Shown here: one piece after another, positions 53,552-63,328 of the stretch
Position numbering within the stretch: position 1 is the first letter of the stretch
How the letters are laid out: each line of letters begins with the position of its first letter
Source of the DNA: an uncultured Ruminococcus sp.
Lineage (GTDB): Bacteria > Bacillota > Clostridia > Oscillospirales > Acutalibacteraceae
Reading direction: 5' to 3'
Assembly: GCA_902802105.1 (NCBI GenBank)
Contig: CADCKR010000013.1
Coordinates: 892-64,891, forward strand
DNA length: 64,000 nucleotides
Program-made: the position numbers and the translations under genes
The notes under the pieces: model-generated
The model's input: only the letters and a program-made list of their open reading frames with translations
The model's database searches: none
Told to the model about the DNA's origin: nothing

Positions 53552-56041
53552 TTACTGCTTGATCTCTTCGATCTGATATATCTCGAAGATATCGCCCTCT
53601 TTTATGTCACTGAATCTTTCAAGGGTTATGCCGCACTCAAATCCGGCAGCCACTTCCTTGACTGAATCCTTGAATCTCTGAAGCGATGCGATGATATCAT
53701 CTGCAATAACGATACCGTCACGCACAACTCGTACCTGCGCGCCTCTCAGCACCTTGCCGCTGAGCACATAGGAGCCTGATACAAGTCCGACATTCGTGAT
53801 CTTGTAGGTCTGCCTTACCTCGACCTTGCCCAGCTGTGTCTCCTTGTACTTCGGTGCGAGCATACCCTTCATAGCTGCCTCGATCTCCTCGATGCAGTCA
53901 TAGATGATGCGGTATAGTCTCATGTCTACGCCGTCACGCTTTGCGTTTTCTTCTGCTACGGGATCCGGCCTTACGTTGAAGCCGACTATAATAGCATTGG
54001 ATGCAGAAGCAAGCATTACGTCGCTCTCTCTGATAGCGCCAACACCGCTGTGTATAACATTGACTCTTATCTCCTCATTGGTGAGCTTTTCGAGCGACTG
54101 TCTTACAGCCTCAACAGAGCCCTGAACGTCAGCCTTGACGATGATCTTGAGCTCCTTCATGTCCTCAAGGCGCATCTGATCAAAGAGGTTGTCAAGCGTG
54201 ACCTTGGTGCGGCTGTTGAAGCGCTCCTCCTTCTCGGTGTTCTTTCTCTGCTCAACAAGCTCTCTTGCAAGTCTTTCGTCAAGAACAGAGTTGAAGATAT
54301 CACCGCCTGTGGGAACGTCATCGAGACCTGTTATCTCAACAGGAACAGACGGACCTGCGCTCTTTACACGCTGCCCCTTGTCGTTCATCATTGCTCTTAC
54401 ACGGCCGACAGTTGTACCCGCAACTATTATGTCACCGACATTGAGAGTACCGTTCTGCACAAGGACTGTAGCGATCGGGCCTCTGCCCTTGTCAAGTCTT
54501 GCTTCGATAACGGTGCCCTTAGCTGCTCTGTCAGGATTAGCCTTCAGCTCTTTCATATCGGCAACAAGAAGAACCATCTCCAGAAGATCGTCAATACCCT
54601 CCTTGGTATGTGCAGATACGGGAATAACAGGTGTGTCGCCGCCCCATTCCTCCGGTACGATCTCGTACTCTGTGAGCTGCTGCTTTACCTGCTCTACATT
54701 TGCACCGGGCTTGTCTATCTTATTGACTGCTACGATAATTGATACGCCGGCAGCCTTTGCGTGGTTGATAGCTTCTATCGTCTGCGGCATGATGCCGTCA
54801 TCTGCGGCAACAACAAGGATAGCGATATCCGTTACCTGTGCGCCTCTTGCTCTCATTGTTGTGAAGGCCTCGTGTCCGGGAGTATCAAGGAATGTGATCT
54901 CTCTGCCGTTAATGTCAACACGGTAAGCGCCTATATGCTGTGTGATGCCGCCTGCTTCGGTCGAAGTAACGTGTGCATTTCTGATACAGTCAAGCAGTGA
55001 GGTCTTGCCGTGGTCAACGTGACCCATTACAACTACGACAGGAGCACGTGTAACGAGATTCTCATCTGCATCATCACTGTCATCAATTATACGCTCTTCA
55101 ATGGTTTCTATAGTTTCCTTCTCCACCTTTGCATGGAACTCCATAGCAACAAGCGACGCTGTATCGAAGTCTATGACGTTGTTCACGCTTGCCATAACGC
55201 CGAAGCCCATGAGCTTTGTTATGACCTCGGCAGCCCTTGCCTTTAATCTGAGGGCAAGCTCGCCGACTGTGATCTCGTCGGGTATCTGCACAGTGATCGG
55301 CTTGTTCTTTCTGTCCTTTTCAATGCGGCGGAGTCTTTCCTGCTCTGTTTCCTTGCGGGAATTTCTCGGCTTGCCCTTCTGCTGTGAGCGCTGAGTGATC
55401 TTCTGCTTTGAAACAGTATTTACGTTGTGCATCTTCTCGCTTGCAAGACGGTCGTACTTTTCATTGTAGCGCTCTATGTCAACATTTGAAGAACGGGTAT
55501 TTATAACACGGCTCCTGCTGCCGAATGAATCGTCTCCGCTGCCTGCGTTGGTCTGAACAGGCTGCTTTGCCGGTGCGCTCTTCTGCGGCGCATTGCTGCC
55601 CGTATCCTTAGCTTCATTAGTGCTTCTGTTATCTTTATTATTCTTCTTGTCCCTGGGCTGAGACTTGTTTTCCTGCTGCTTGCCCTGCTGCTTTGCCTGG
55701 CGCTGCTTATCGGCAGGCTTATCACTTTTCTGCTTCTGCGGCCTATCCTGCTTTGCTGCGCTTTCAGGCTCAGCCTTTGCAGTCTCCTTCTGCTTTTCGG
55801 GCTCCTTGGGAGCTTCCTCAGCCTTAGCGCTCTCGCTCTCGTTTGCAGATGCAAAATATGCATCAAAGCTGCTTACGGTATTAGCCTGAGTAAAATGCTC
55901 GAACACCACGTTCAGCTCCTCCTCCGAAAGAGCTGTTGCGGGCTTCTTGATAACATTAAGACGCTTTTTCAGCACGTCTGCTACATCCTTGTTGGATACG
56001 TTAAGATCCTTGGCTACCTCACTAAGCTTATATTTTATCAT
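53552..56041 (-). CDS. infB: translation initiation factor IF-2
   Basis: [25 protein letters not shown]-domain; ATG 56041 lies 6 nt after AGGAGG and overlaps the ylxQ stop (ATGA). Confidence 0.95.
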   Translation of the reverse strand: MIKYKLSEVAKDLNVSNKDVADVLKKRLNVIKKPATALSEEELNVVFEHFTQANTVSSFDAYFASANESESAKAEEAPKEPEKQKETAKAEPESAAKQDRPQKQKSDKPADKQRQAKQQGKQQENKSQPRDKKNNKDNRSTNEAKDTGSNAPQKSAPAKQPVQTNAGSGDDSFGSRSRVINTRSSNVDIERYNEKYDRLASEKMHNVNTVSKQKITQRSQQKGKPRNSRKETEQERLRRIEKDRKNKPITVQIPDEITVGELALRLKARAAEVITKLMGFGVMASVNNVIDFDTASLVAMEFHAKVEKETIETIEERIIDDSDDADENLVTRAPVVVVMGHVDHGKTSLLDCIRNAHVTSTEAGGITQHIGAYRVDINGREITFLDTPGHEAFTTMRARGAQVTDIAILVVAADDGIMPQTIEAINHAKAAGVSIIVAVNKIDKPGANVEQVKQQLTEYEIVPEEWGGDTPVIPVSAHTKEGIDDLLEMVLLVADMKELKANPDRAAKGTVIEARLDKGRGPIATVLVQNGTLNVGDIIVAGTTVGRVRAMMNDKGQRVKSAGPSVPVEITGLDDVPTGGDIFNSVLDERLARELVEQRKNTEKEERFNSRTKVTLDNLFDQMRLEDMKELKIIVKADVQGSVEAVRQSLEKLTNEEIRVNVIHSGVGAIRESDVMLASASNAIIVGFNVRPDPVAEENAKRDGVDMRLYRIIYDCIEEIEAAMKGMLAPKYKETQLGKVEVRQTYKITNVGLVSGSYVLSGKVLRGAQVRVVRDGIVIADDIIASLQRFKDSVKEVAAGFECGITLERFSDIKEGDIFEIYQIEEIKQ

Positions 56042-56364
56042 ATACATTCCTCCTGACTGTTCTCTGCACAAAGAGACCTTATCTTATCGGCAAAGCCGTT
56101 GTCATTTACGGTGATTATCCCCGTACTTCTTCGTCCGACAGCATGACCTATATCGTCCATACCGTATCCGCACGAAACGATGCTCGTCCCGCTTTGATCT
56201 GCAATTTTTCTTATCGCTCTGTCAGTCCTTTCCGAAAGTCCTTCCGACAGCAGCAGCAATGCAGCTTCTCCTTTGCGCATTGAATCTGCTGCTGCATCAA
56301 AGCCCATCGAGAGCTTGCCTGCTCTCCTGATAAGACCAAGCAGCGACAACAGCCTGTCATTCAT
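56038..56364 (-). CDS. ylxQ: L7Ae-family RNA-binding protein YlxQ
   Basis: [12 protein letters not shown]......I..G.A.LLLLS..LS pattern; position between ylxR and infB. Confidence 0.8.
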   Translation of the reverse strand: MNDRLLSLLGLIRRAGKLSMGFDAAADSMRKGEAALLLLSEGLSERTDRAIRKIADQSGTSIVSCGYGMDDIGHAVGRRSTGIITVNDNGFADKIRSLCAENSQEECI

Positions 56365-56414
56365 AGATGCCGTCCCTCCGTTCCGATACTCTGTACGCTT
56401 CGTCCTCTCGCAGC

Positions 56415-56714
56415 TTATTCTCCTTTAAGCTCCTGCTCAAGTCTTTCATACACGTCATCGGGTATTTTACAACTGAATGCCTTTTCAAATCTTCTTGCCT
56501 TCCTTGCCGCAGCAAGGCATTCAGGGCTTTTGCATACATAAGCGCCTCTGCCCGGCTTCTTGCCTGTCAGGTCAACGCTTATTTCACCGGACTTTGTAAC
56601 CTCTCCGTTTTCGTCGGTTTCGTCCGGCGCCTTAACTACCCTTACAAGCTGCTTCTTTTCAAACATTTCTCCGCAGCCTGTGCATTTTCTCATAGGCATT
56701 TTTCTCTGCTTCAT
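56415..56714 (-). CDS. ylxR: YlxR/DUF448 RNA-binding protein
   Basis: MRKCTGCGEMFEKKQLVRVV..DLTGKKPGRGAYVC motif; downstream of nusA. Confidence 0.85.
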   Translation of the reverse strand: MKQRKMPMRKCTGCGEMFEKKQLVRVVKAPDETDENGEVTKSGEISVDLTGKKPGRGAYVCKSPECLAAARKARRFEKAFSCKIPDDVYERLEQELKGE

Positions 56715-56731
56715 TCACCCACCTCCAGCCA

Positions 56732-58033
56732 TTATACGGCAGGTGTTCCGGCATCGGCATCCGCTTCATCCTCAGAGCCTGTTTCGTCCTCTGCTTTTGC
56801 AGCTTCGTCTGCTGCGGACATTTCTGTATTTTCCGCAGCTTCTTCTGCTGTCTCCGCTGTATCCTCTGCTGCATCCGCATTAGCTTCGGTCTGTTCGGTA
56901 TTGCCGTTTTCTTTAGTATCCTCAGCCTTCGGCGCTTCGTCATCTTCGTTCTCTCCGAAGAAGCCGCTCTCCGGACGGATATCTATCTTCCAGCCTGTAA
57001 GCTTTGCTGCAAGACGTACATTCTGACCCTTGTTGCCGATAGCAAGTGAGAGCTGACTGTCCGGTACAGTAGCCTTGCAGGTCTTATCGTTTTCAGGATC
57101 TATATCTATCTTGACGACCTCGGCAGGAGAAAGCGCTGCCGAGATATACTTCACCGGATCTTCGCTGTATTCGATAATATCTATCTTTTCGCCGCCGAGC
57201 ACATCAACTATCGTGCTCACGCGCTGCCCCTTCGGGCCTATGCAGGCGCCGACAGCATCAACATTTTCATCACTGCTGCATACTGCGATCTTTGTACGGG
57301 AGCCGGCCTCTCTTGATATCGACTTTATCTCTACCACGCCGTCAAATATCTCAGGCACCTCAGATTCAAAAAGTCTTTTTACAAGGTCAGGATGCGTTCT
57401 TGAAATAATTGCCCTCGGCTCCTTGCCGCCTGTTTTTACATCAACGATAAACACCTTTATGTCGCTGCCCTCTGTAATGACTTCGCCGTTTATCTGCTCA
57501 TTCTTAGGAAGAACCGCGATAGACTTGCCAAGACGGATAGTAGCGTTTCCTGTTTTGGGATCGACCTGCTCTACTCTTGCCGTAACGATCTCCCTGAGCT
57601 TGCTGCGGTATTCTGCAAGAGCCTGCCCCTTTTCACCGTCACGAATGCCCTGACGTATGATATTCCTTGCGGTCTGCACTGCGATCCTTCCGAAATCTCT
57701 CGGATCCAGCTTTATACCCACCGTGTCGCCGGGCATAGCTGTTTTGGACAACTTTCTTGCATCGTCAAGAAGTATCTCGCGGTTCTTGTCGGTTACCTCC
57801 TCAACGACAGTCTTTTTGAGGTATACGCTGAAGCTGCCCTTTGCAGGATCAATGTTGATAAGCACATCATCATTGCCGCCATAGGTATTCTTGCAGCCTG
57901 TTATGATAGCCTTTTCGATCTGTGCTATCATAAATTCGACCGGTATGCCTCTTTCCTTTTCCATAAGCGCAAGAGCCTCAAAAAGCTCCTTGCTTCTGTT
58001 CTCCTGCTCATTTTCAAATTTCTTCTTTGCCAT
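56732..58033 (-). CDS. nusA: transcription termination/antitermination factor NusA with acidic C-terminal tail
   Basis: N-terminal domain, S1 and two KH domains (AVGACIGPKGQRV, LAIGNKGQNVRLA). Confidence 0.95.
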   Translation of the reverse strand: MAKKKFENEQENRSKELFEALALMEKERGIPVEFMIAQIEKAIITGCKNTYGGNDDVLINIDPAKGSFSVYLKKTVVEEVTDKNREILLDDARKLSKTAMPGDTVGIKLDPRDFGRIAVQTARNIIRQGIRDGEKGQALAEYRSKLREIVTARVEQVDPKTGNATIRLGKSIAVLPKNEQINGEVITEGSDIKVFIVDVKTGGKEPRAIISRTHPDLVKRLFESEVPEIFDGVVEIKSISREAGSRTKIAVCSSDENVDAVGACIGPKGQRVSTIVDVLGGEKIDIIEYSEDPVKYISAALSPAEVVKIDIDPENDKTCKATVPDSQLSLAIGNKGQNVRLAAKLTGWKIDIRPESGFFGENEDDEAPKAEDTKENGNTEQTEANADAAEDTAETAEEAAENTEMSAADEAAKAEDETGSEDEADADAGTPAV

Positions 58034-58076
58034 GAGTAACCCTCCGTAAAAATTTGTAATTATACGTCAGCCGCAG

Positions 58077-58559
58077 TCAAAGCTCAAAATCATCCAGTTT
58101 AATATATACTGTATCCTTTTTGTTTATCACAAATTCCGCACCGTCGCAGATTATTGTGACAGTATCCTTATCATGTGCGGCAAGAGTACCGGAAAGGTCT
58201 CTCTGTCCGCCGGCATCGGGTCTGATAAGGCGCACCATGACTGCCGCACCGAGAAAAGCATCGAAATGCTCAGGCTTTATCAGCTCTCTTTCTATACCCG
58301 GCGACGAGACCTCAAGAATATAGTTCTGCTCAATGGGGTCAAGCTCGTCGAGAGGCTGATCCACCGCTCTTGTAAGCTCCTCGCAGTCCTCGATAGTAAC
58401 GCCGCTGTCCTTGTCGATGAATATTCTCAGGTACCACTGGGCGCCTTCCTTCAGAAAACGGACATCCCATAGAGAAAGCCCCATTTCCTCAGCGATAGGC
58501 TTTACAAGCTCAGCAACAAGCTCCACGGTATTGCCCTTTTTGTTTTTCTTTTCAGCCAT
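58077..58559 (-). CDS. rimP: ribosome maturation factor RimP
   Basis: LWDVRFLKEG..WYLRIFIDK..LEVSSPGIEREL pattern; upstream of nusA. Confidence 0.9.
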   Translation of the reverse strand: MAEKKNKKGNTVELVAELVKPIAEEMGLSLWDVRFLKEGAQWYLRIFIDKDSGVTIEDCEELTRAVDQPLDELDPIEQNYILEVSSPGIERELIKPEHFDAFLGAAVMVRLIRPDAGGQRDLSGTLAAHDKDTVTIICDGAEFVINKKDTVYIKLDDFEL

Positions 58560-58660
58560 ATAAACTCCTGTTTCCGGTCTGCATTCACAGGCCTCCTATT
58601 AATGATAAAAGAGCGGGTCGCCCCACTCTTTTGTCAAATACCATATTCATACTAACAATT

Positions 58661-58689
58661 ATATTATCACACATTTCCTGAATTTGCAA
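58661..58689 (-). promoter_or_regulatory. candidate promoter of the rimP-nusA-infB operon
   Basis: Minus strand TTGCAA (58689-58684), 17-nt spacer, TAATAT (58666-58661); a hairpin lies between it and rimP. Confidence 0.4.
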
Positions 58690-58726
58690 GTTATTTTAAA
58701 AAATAATTACGCTCATAATGCCTTTT

Positions 58727-59365
58727 TTAACTGAAAAGCTCCGGATATTTGCTGACAAGGCAGTTTTCCACAGCAGAAGCAAGCTCACGGTGAGCCTGCG
58801 CATCCAGATGTATGCCGTCCTTGGGAGATGTGCTTATATATTCTGCAGCATCAAGAAAGGCACAGTCACGCCTGCGGGCAAGCTCCCTGTATTTTTCCGC
58901 AAGGCGCTCCGACGTCCCTATGCTGAGGTCATTGAAGTTCTCTGCGAATCTGCCGCTTTTTACTCCCTCATTTATCACCGCAGGCGAAACTATCAGTATG
59001 CGTATATCCGGCCCGAAAAGGCGTATCATTGAAACAAGCACATCCAGACCGTTGACAATGATGTTTTCGTCAGCGCCGAACTTTATCTTGCAGTCATTTG
59101 TGCCGAGCATTATCACAATGCAGTCTATCGGGTCATTCCTTTTAAGCACATCGCCAAGCACAAGACTTCCGTTCCTGTCCTCACCTGCCGGATCATCAAA
59201 CACTGTAGTTCTGCCGTTTTTCCCTTCCTCAGCGACAATGCATCCCTTCTCTGCAAGACTTCTTTTAAGGCGTCCTGCCCAGCGCGTATCAATGTCAAAC
59301 CTTTCACCAAGTGCAGGAATATAGCCGTAGGTATTTGAATCTCCGAAGCAAACTATTTTTTTCAT
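58727..59365 (-). CDS. SGNH/GDSL-family hydrolase (arylesterase-like)
   Basis: KIVCFGDSNTYGY block I, GTND block III, DGIHL block V; ATG 59365 lies 8 nt after GGGAG. Confidence 0.8.
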   Translation of the reverse strand: MKKIVCFGDSNTYGYIPALGERFDIDTRWAGRLKRSLAEKGCIVAEEGKNGRTTVFDDPAGEDRNGSLVLGDVLKRNDPIDCIVIMLGTNDCKIKFGADENIIVNGLDVLVSMIRLFGPDIRILIVSPAVINEGVKSGRFAENFNDLSIGTSERLAEKYRELARRRDCAFLDAAEYISTSPKDGIHLDAQAHRELASAVENCLVSKYPELFS

Positions 59366-59460
59366 TGTCACATCTCCCTGTATTTTTCAGCTTTGCTTTA
59401 TTTTATCACAGCTTTCAGATATATGCAACTATAACCAGAATTTGATCAGTACTGACGGGC

Positions 59461-59489
59461 TTGAATAAAACGCCGAAATGTAGTATAAT
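59461..59489 (+). promoter_or_regulatory. near-consensus promoter upstream of pcrA
   Basis: TTGAAT (59461-59466), 17-nt spacer, TATAAT (59484-59489). Confidence 0.65.
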
Positions 59490-59508
59490 TGAGATGTCAG
59501 ATGATCAA

Positions 59509-59680
59509 GGCAGCACCGCACAAAGAACACTTAACGGCTCAGCACCGCATCTGCCTGGTCTTTTTCCGGCATCTTGCGCAGAAATTCCTCGACATACATC
59601 AGTATGCCTTTGAAATTTCTATACGATCTGACTAAAAAACAGACGGCGCATCTGCGGCACTATCTTTGCGCGGCGCTGCC
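59509..59680 (-). mobile_element. second copy (inverted orientation) of the MITE-like element, 172 bp
   Basis: Ends match the 43558-43714 element at 33/37 and 33/38 nt when reverse-complemented; the interior is unrelated; internal TIR GGCAGCACCGCACAAAGA / TCTTTGCGCGGCGCTGCC. Confidence 0.6.
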
Positions 59681-59713
59681 TTAAAATACACTAAACAAAG
59701 GGCTGATCTCACA

Positions 59714-62095
59714 ATGACAGAAGAAATAAAGGACGAAATGATATCCCTAAGAAAAAAAATAATTGAAAATGAATTTTCAGAGCTCAACAATATGCAGCGC
59801 TCCGCCGTTCTTTCGGTAAAGGGTCCTCTGCTTATCCTTGCAGGCGCAGGCAGCGGAAAGACCACCGTACTTGTAAACCGCGTAGCGCATATACTGCGGT
59901 GGGGAGAAGCCTATGAAAGTGACAGCATTTACGGAGAATATTCCGGAGAGGAGACCGCTCTTGTCAGACTTGCCGCAGAAGGCAATGCAAAGCTTTCTGA
60001 CGAGCTGGTAAAAAAGCTCTCCGTTTCAGGCGTTTACCCCTGGAGAATACTCGCTATAACCTTTACAAACAAGGCCGCAAACGAGCTGAAAGAAAGGATA
60101 TGCAAAAGGGTAGGCGAACCGGGCAAGGATATATGGGCATCGACCTTTCATTCCTGCTGCACAAGAATACTGCGCCGATTCGGCGAAAATCTTGGATTCA
60201 CCTCACACTTCACTATATATGACGCAGACGATCAGAAGCGCCTTATCAAGGACTGCATGAAAGCACTTGACATTGACGAAAAAATGCTTCCGGTAAAATC
60301 TGTAATCGCAGAGATATCGAACGCAAAGGACTCCATGACAGGCCCTGAGGAATACAAAAGCATCGCTCAGAGCGATTCAAGACTTGCGTCCATCTCCAGA
60401 GTATATGAGCTTTATCAAAAAAGGCTGCTTGCCTCGGACGCTATGGACTTTGACGATATTATATGCAATACAGTGCAGCTTTTCAATAAATTTCCGGAGG
60501 TGCTTGAGCATTACAGCGAGCAGTTCCGCTATATTATGGTTGACGAATATCAGGACACAAACAGGATACAGTATGAGCTTGTGCGTATGCTTGCATCAAA
60601 GCATCACAATCTCTGTGTAGTAGGCGATGATGACCAGAGTATCTATAAATTCCGCGGCGCAACTATCAGAAATATACTCGACTTTGAAAAGGACTTTGAA
60701 GCTGCACGGACTATCCGCCTTGAACAGAACTACCGCTCTACAAAGAACATTCTCTCGGCCGCAAACAAGGTAATAAGCAACAACTATGAGCGCAAGGACA
60801 AGACCCTATGGACAGAAAACAAGCAGGGCAATAAGATCACCGTTTATTCTGCCGCAGATGAAAGAGATGAAAGCGATTATATTGCCAGGGATATTCAGGA
60901 GCGTGTCGAAAAAGGCGGCAAGTATTCTGACAATGCGATACTTTACAGAATGAACTCACAGTCACAGAGCATTGAGCGCGCGTTCATCTATGCAGGGATA
61001 CCCTACAAGATAATCGGCGGCAGACGCTTCTATGAACGCCGTGAGATACGTGACATGATCGCTTATCTTGCTGTCATAAGCAACCACAGCGACAACATAC
61101 GATTAAAAAGGATAATCAATGTGCCGAAAAGAGGCATAGGCGACAAGACAGTAAATCTCATCGAAGAAATAAGCGCCTCACTCGGACAAAGCATGATAGA
61201 CACTATGCGTCAGTCGGACGAATTTGAGGCTCTTGCAAAGAGCAGCAAAAAGCTCAGGGAATTCTGTGAAATGATAGATGCTCTGACAGCAATGGAAACC
61301 GGCAGCTCAATACATGAAATGTATATCGAGCTGCTGAAAAGGCTTGACTACCGCAGTTATATAACCAAATCAGCCGACTACACCGAATCGGCCGCCGAAA
61401 ACGTAGAAGAGCTTGCAAACAGCATAACTCAGTATGAAAACGAAGCCGCCGGATCGGGCGAAGAACCCTCTTTGCAGGGATTTCTTGAAGAAACCGCACT
61501 TCTTACCGATATTGACGGTCTTGACAACGAGGGCAACTGCACTGTTATGATGACACTGCACAACGCAAAGGGACTTGAATTTGACAACGTATACATTCCC
61601 GGCATGGAGGAAAACGTATTCCCCGGATATCAGTCAACGCTCAGCGAAAACGATATGCAGGAGGAGCGCCGCCTTGCCTATGTCGGCATAACCCGTGCAC
61701 GAAAGGAGCTTACACTCATCCACGCTGCGAACCGCATGGTGTTCGGCCACACAAACCGCAACCGTCCGTCACGCTTCATAGATGAGATACCCGATGAGCT
61801 GAAAAATCCTGTTTCACGAGTCATAACTCCGGTAGAGCTGCCTGAGATGGAGATACCAAACCAGAAGAATGCCCGCCGCGCCGACCTTGCCGCAAGCAAA
61901 ATAATAACCTCTGTTGTTTCGCACAAGCCTGCTCAGAGCTTTACCATAGGAATGCGTGTACGTCACAAGACCTTCGGTGAAGGCTCCATCATTGACATAA
62001 AACCAATGGCAAAGGACAATATGCTTGAGATCGCCTTTGACTCAGTAGGGACCAAAAAGCTCATGTCCTCATTTGCAAACCTTACCATACTCTGA
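59714..62095 (+). CDS. pcrA: ATP-dependent DNA helicase PcrA/UvrD family
   Basis: AGAGSGKT, TFHS, DEYQDTN, VGDDDQSIY.FRGA, YRS, VTRAR helicase motifs; ATG 59714. Confidence 0.9.
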   Translation: MTEEIKDEMISLRKKIIENEFSELNNMQRSAVLSVKGPLLILAGAGSGKTTVLVNRVAHILRWGEAYESDSIYGEYSGEETALVRLAAEGNAKLSDELVKKLSVSGVYPWRILAITFTNKAANELKERICKRVGEPGKDIWASTFHSCCTRILRRFGENLGFTSHFTIYDADDQKRLIKDCMKALDIDEKMLPVKSVIAEISNAKDSMTGPEEYKSIAQSDSRLASISRVYELYQKRLLASDAMDFDDIICNTVQLFNKFPEVLEHYSEQFRYIMVDEYQDTNRIQYELVRMLASKHHNLCVVGDDDQSIYKFRGATIRNILDFEKDFEAARTIRLEQNYRSTKNILSAANKVISNNYERKDKTLWTENKQGNKITVYSAADERDESDYIARDIQERVEKGGKYSDNAILYRMNSQSQSIERAFIYAGIPYKIIGGRRFYERREIRDMIAYLAVISNHSDNIRLKRIINVPKRGIGDKTVNLIEEISASLGQSMIDTMRQSDEFEALAKSSKKLREFCEMIDALTAMETGSSIHEMYIELLKRLDYRSYITKSADYTESAAENVEELANSITQYENEAAGSGEEPSLQGFLEETALLTDIDGLDNEGNCTVMMTLHNAKGLEFDNVYIPGMEENVFPGYQSTLSENDMQEERRLAYVGITRARKELTLIHAANRMVFGHTNRNRPSRFIDEIPDELKNPVSRVITPVELPEMEIPNQKNARRADLAASKIITSVVSHKPAQSFTIGMRVRHKTFGEGSIIDIKPMAKDNMLEIAFDSVGTKKLMSSFANLTIL

Positions 62096-62136
62096 CAAAA
62101 GCAAATACCGACCTCAAAAAATCAGGAGGGAATACA

Positions 62137-63096
62137 ATGCCCGCTATCGTTTCGCATTACCTGCTTGCCGAGAGAGTTATGTCCGATCTCAGCGAGCTGA
62201 TGCCTGACCTCGACATAAACCGCACAGCATTTATCTGGGGAGCTTCCGGTCCGGATATCTTCTTCTGCCACCGCATACTGCCGCATCAGAAGCACAGGAG
62301 CCTGCGCACAGTCAGCACAAAAATGCACAACACTCCGCCCGAACTGATACTGAACTATCTGGCAGACTACGCCCGATACAAGTGTGACGATATCGCCATG
62401 AGCTATGCGCTGGGATTTGTAACTCATTATGCGTTCGATTCGCTTGCACACCCGTTTATACTCTATTTTGCGGAGATCATGTCTATGCGGCAGCCGCAGA
62501 AGACCTCTGCGCTCTGTCACAACGAGATCGAATCAGCTCTTGATTCCCTTATGCTCAGATCGGAGCGCAATCAGCGCATTTCCGATTTCAGGCTTCCGGA
62601 TGCAGCGCCGCTTGATCCTATCATAAACAGCATTATCGCATCAGCTATGCAGGGCGCGCTTCTTTATCTTTACAACAAGGGCACATACAGATCGGATATA
62701 TACACTGCTCAAAAAGACTGGCACCGCAGTCTGGCCGCCCTCAACGACAAGCACGGCATCAAATATCGCTTTATACGCCGCGCGGAGAATCTTGTAGGGC
62801 TTCCGCCGCTTCTGTCGCCGATCTTCCGCCGGAACTATCCGGATATTTCCTATGACCCGGCAAACCTGAAGCATTCGCAATGGATAAACAAAGAGAACTC
62901 CACCGAGCACAGCGAATCATTTTTCGAGCTTGCAGACCAGGCTGAGGATCTGTCGATAAAGCTGATAACACGCATACTCTGCGGCAGCAAGCTGACAAGC
63001 AGCGATTGTCCGGGCTCCTTCTCCGGTCGTGCGGAGTGTCTCCGCCGGCGGCAAGCTGCTGCTCCCGATACGCTGCTTGTTCAAAACACACTTTAA
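62137..63096 (+). CDS. zinc-dependent phospholipase C-like family protein
   Basis: SHYLLA..GASGPDIFF..GFVTHYAFDSLAHPF His/Asp pattern typical of the family. Confidence 0.65.
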   Translation: MPAIVSHYLLAERVMSDLSELMPDLDINRTAFIWGASGPDIFFCHRILPHQKHRSLRTVSTKMHNTPPELILNYLADYARYKCDDIAMSYALGFVTHYAFDSLAHPFILYFAEIMSMRQPQKTSALCHNEIESALDSLMLRSERNQRISDFRLPDAAPLDPIINSIIASAMQGALLYLYNKGTYRSDIYTAQKDWHRSLAALNDKHGIKYRFIRRAENLVGLPPLLSPIFRRNYPDISYDPANLKHSQWINKENSTEHSESFFELADQAEDLSIKLITRILCGSKLTSSDCPGSFSGRAECLRRRQAAAPDTLLVQNTL

Positions 63097-63162
63097 CCAA
63101 GAACGCCGGAATAGTGAACCGGCGTTTGTAAAATAATGTTTGTCAAAAGACCGCTGATTTAT

Positions 63163-63191
63163 GTTATACTAATTCCTGATAAAAAGCAGAC
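63163..63191. repeat. intergenic repeat shared with 7718-7746
   Basis: GTTATACTAATTCCTGATAAAAAGCAGAC vs TTTATACTAATACCTAACAAAAAGCAGAC; complement TCAGGAATTAGTAT at 7759-7772 and 23903-23916. Confidence 0.7.
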
Positions 63192-63221
63192 TTAGGTTTG
63201 CGAGGATGATTTTCGCAAGAC

Positions 63222-63240
63222 GCGGCGCAGAGCCTGCGCC
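63222..63240. repeat. REP-like palindrome core GCGGCGCAGAGCCTGCGCC (copy 3 of 3)
   Basis: Shares GGCGCAGAGCCTGCGC with 30158-30180 and 43592-43614. Confidence 0.8.
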
Positions 63241-63245
63241 GACAG

Positions 63246-63290
63246 TAAAAGGACCGATGAAGCATTAAATGTTTCATCGGTCCTTTGTTT
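63246..63290. terminator. bidirectional terminator
   Basis: AAAGGACCGATGAA (63248-63261) / TTCATCGGTCCTTT (63273-63286), flanked by an A-run and a T-run. Confidence 0.8.
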
Positions 63291-63328
63291 ATGTGCATAA
63301 AATGATCGCAGTTTTATTCCCTGATATA

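Noticed and set aside
59543-59611. 22-codon minus-strand ORF (MYVEEFLRKMPEKDQADAVLSR) inside the second element copy; the 43.6-kb copy also ends ..MVLSR-stop in the same register
   Set aside because: There is no RBS. Only the last five codons are shared, and that part lies in the conserved arm, so nucleotide conservation explains the match.
63141-63295. Independent ~115-nt sRNA (TGTTATACT extended -10-like box to the terminator at 63246-63290)
   Set aside because: The -35 is poor with 18-19-nt spacing. The interval is equally well explained as the 3' UTR of the PLC-like gene ending at a shared bidirectional terminator. The repeats within it are reported separately.
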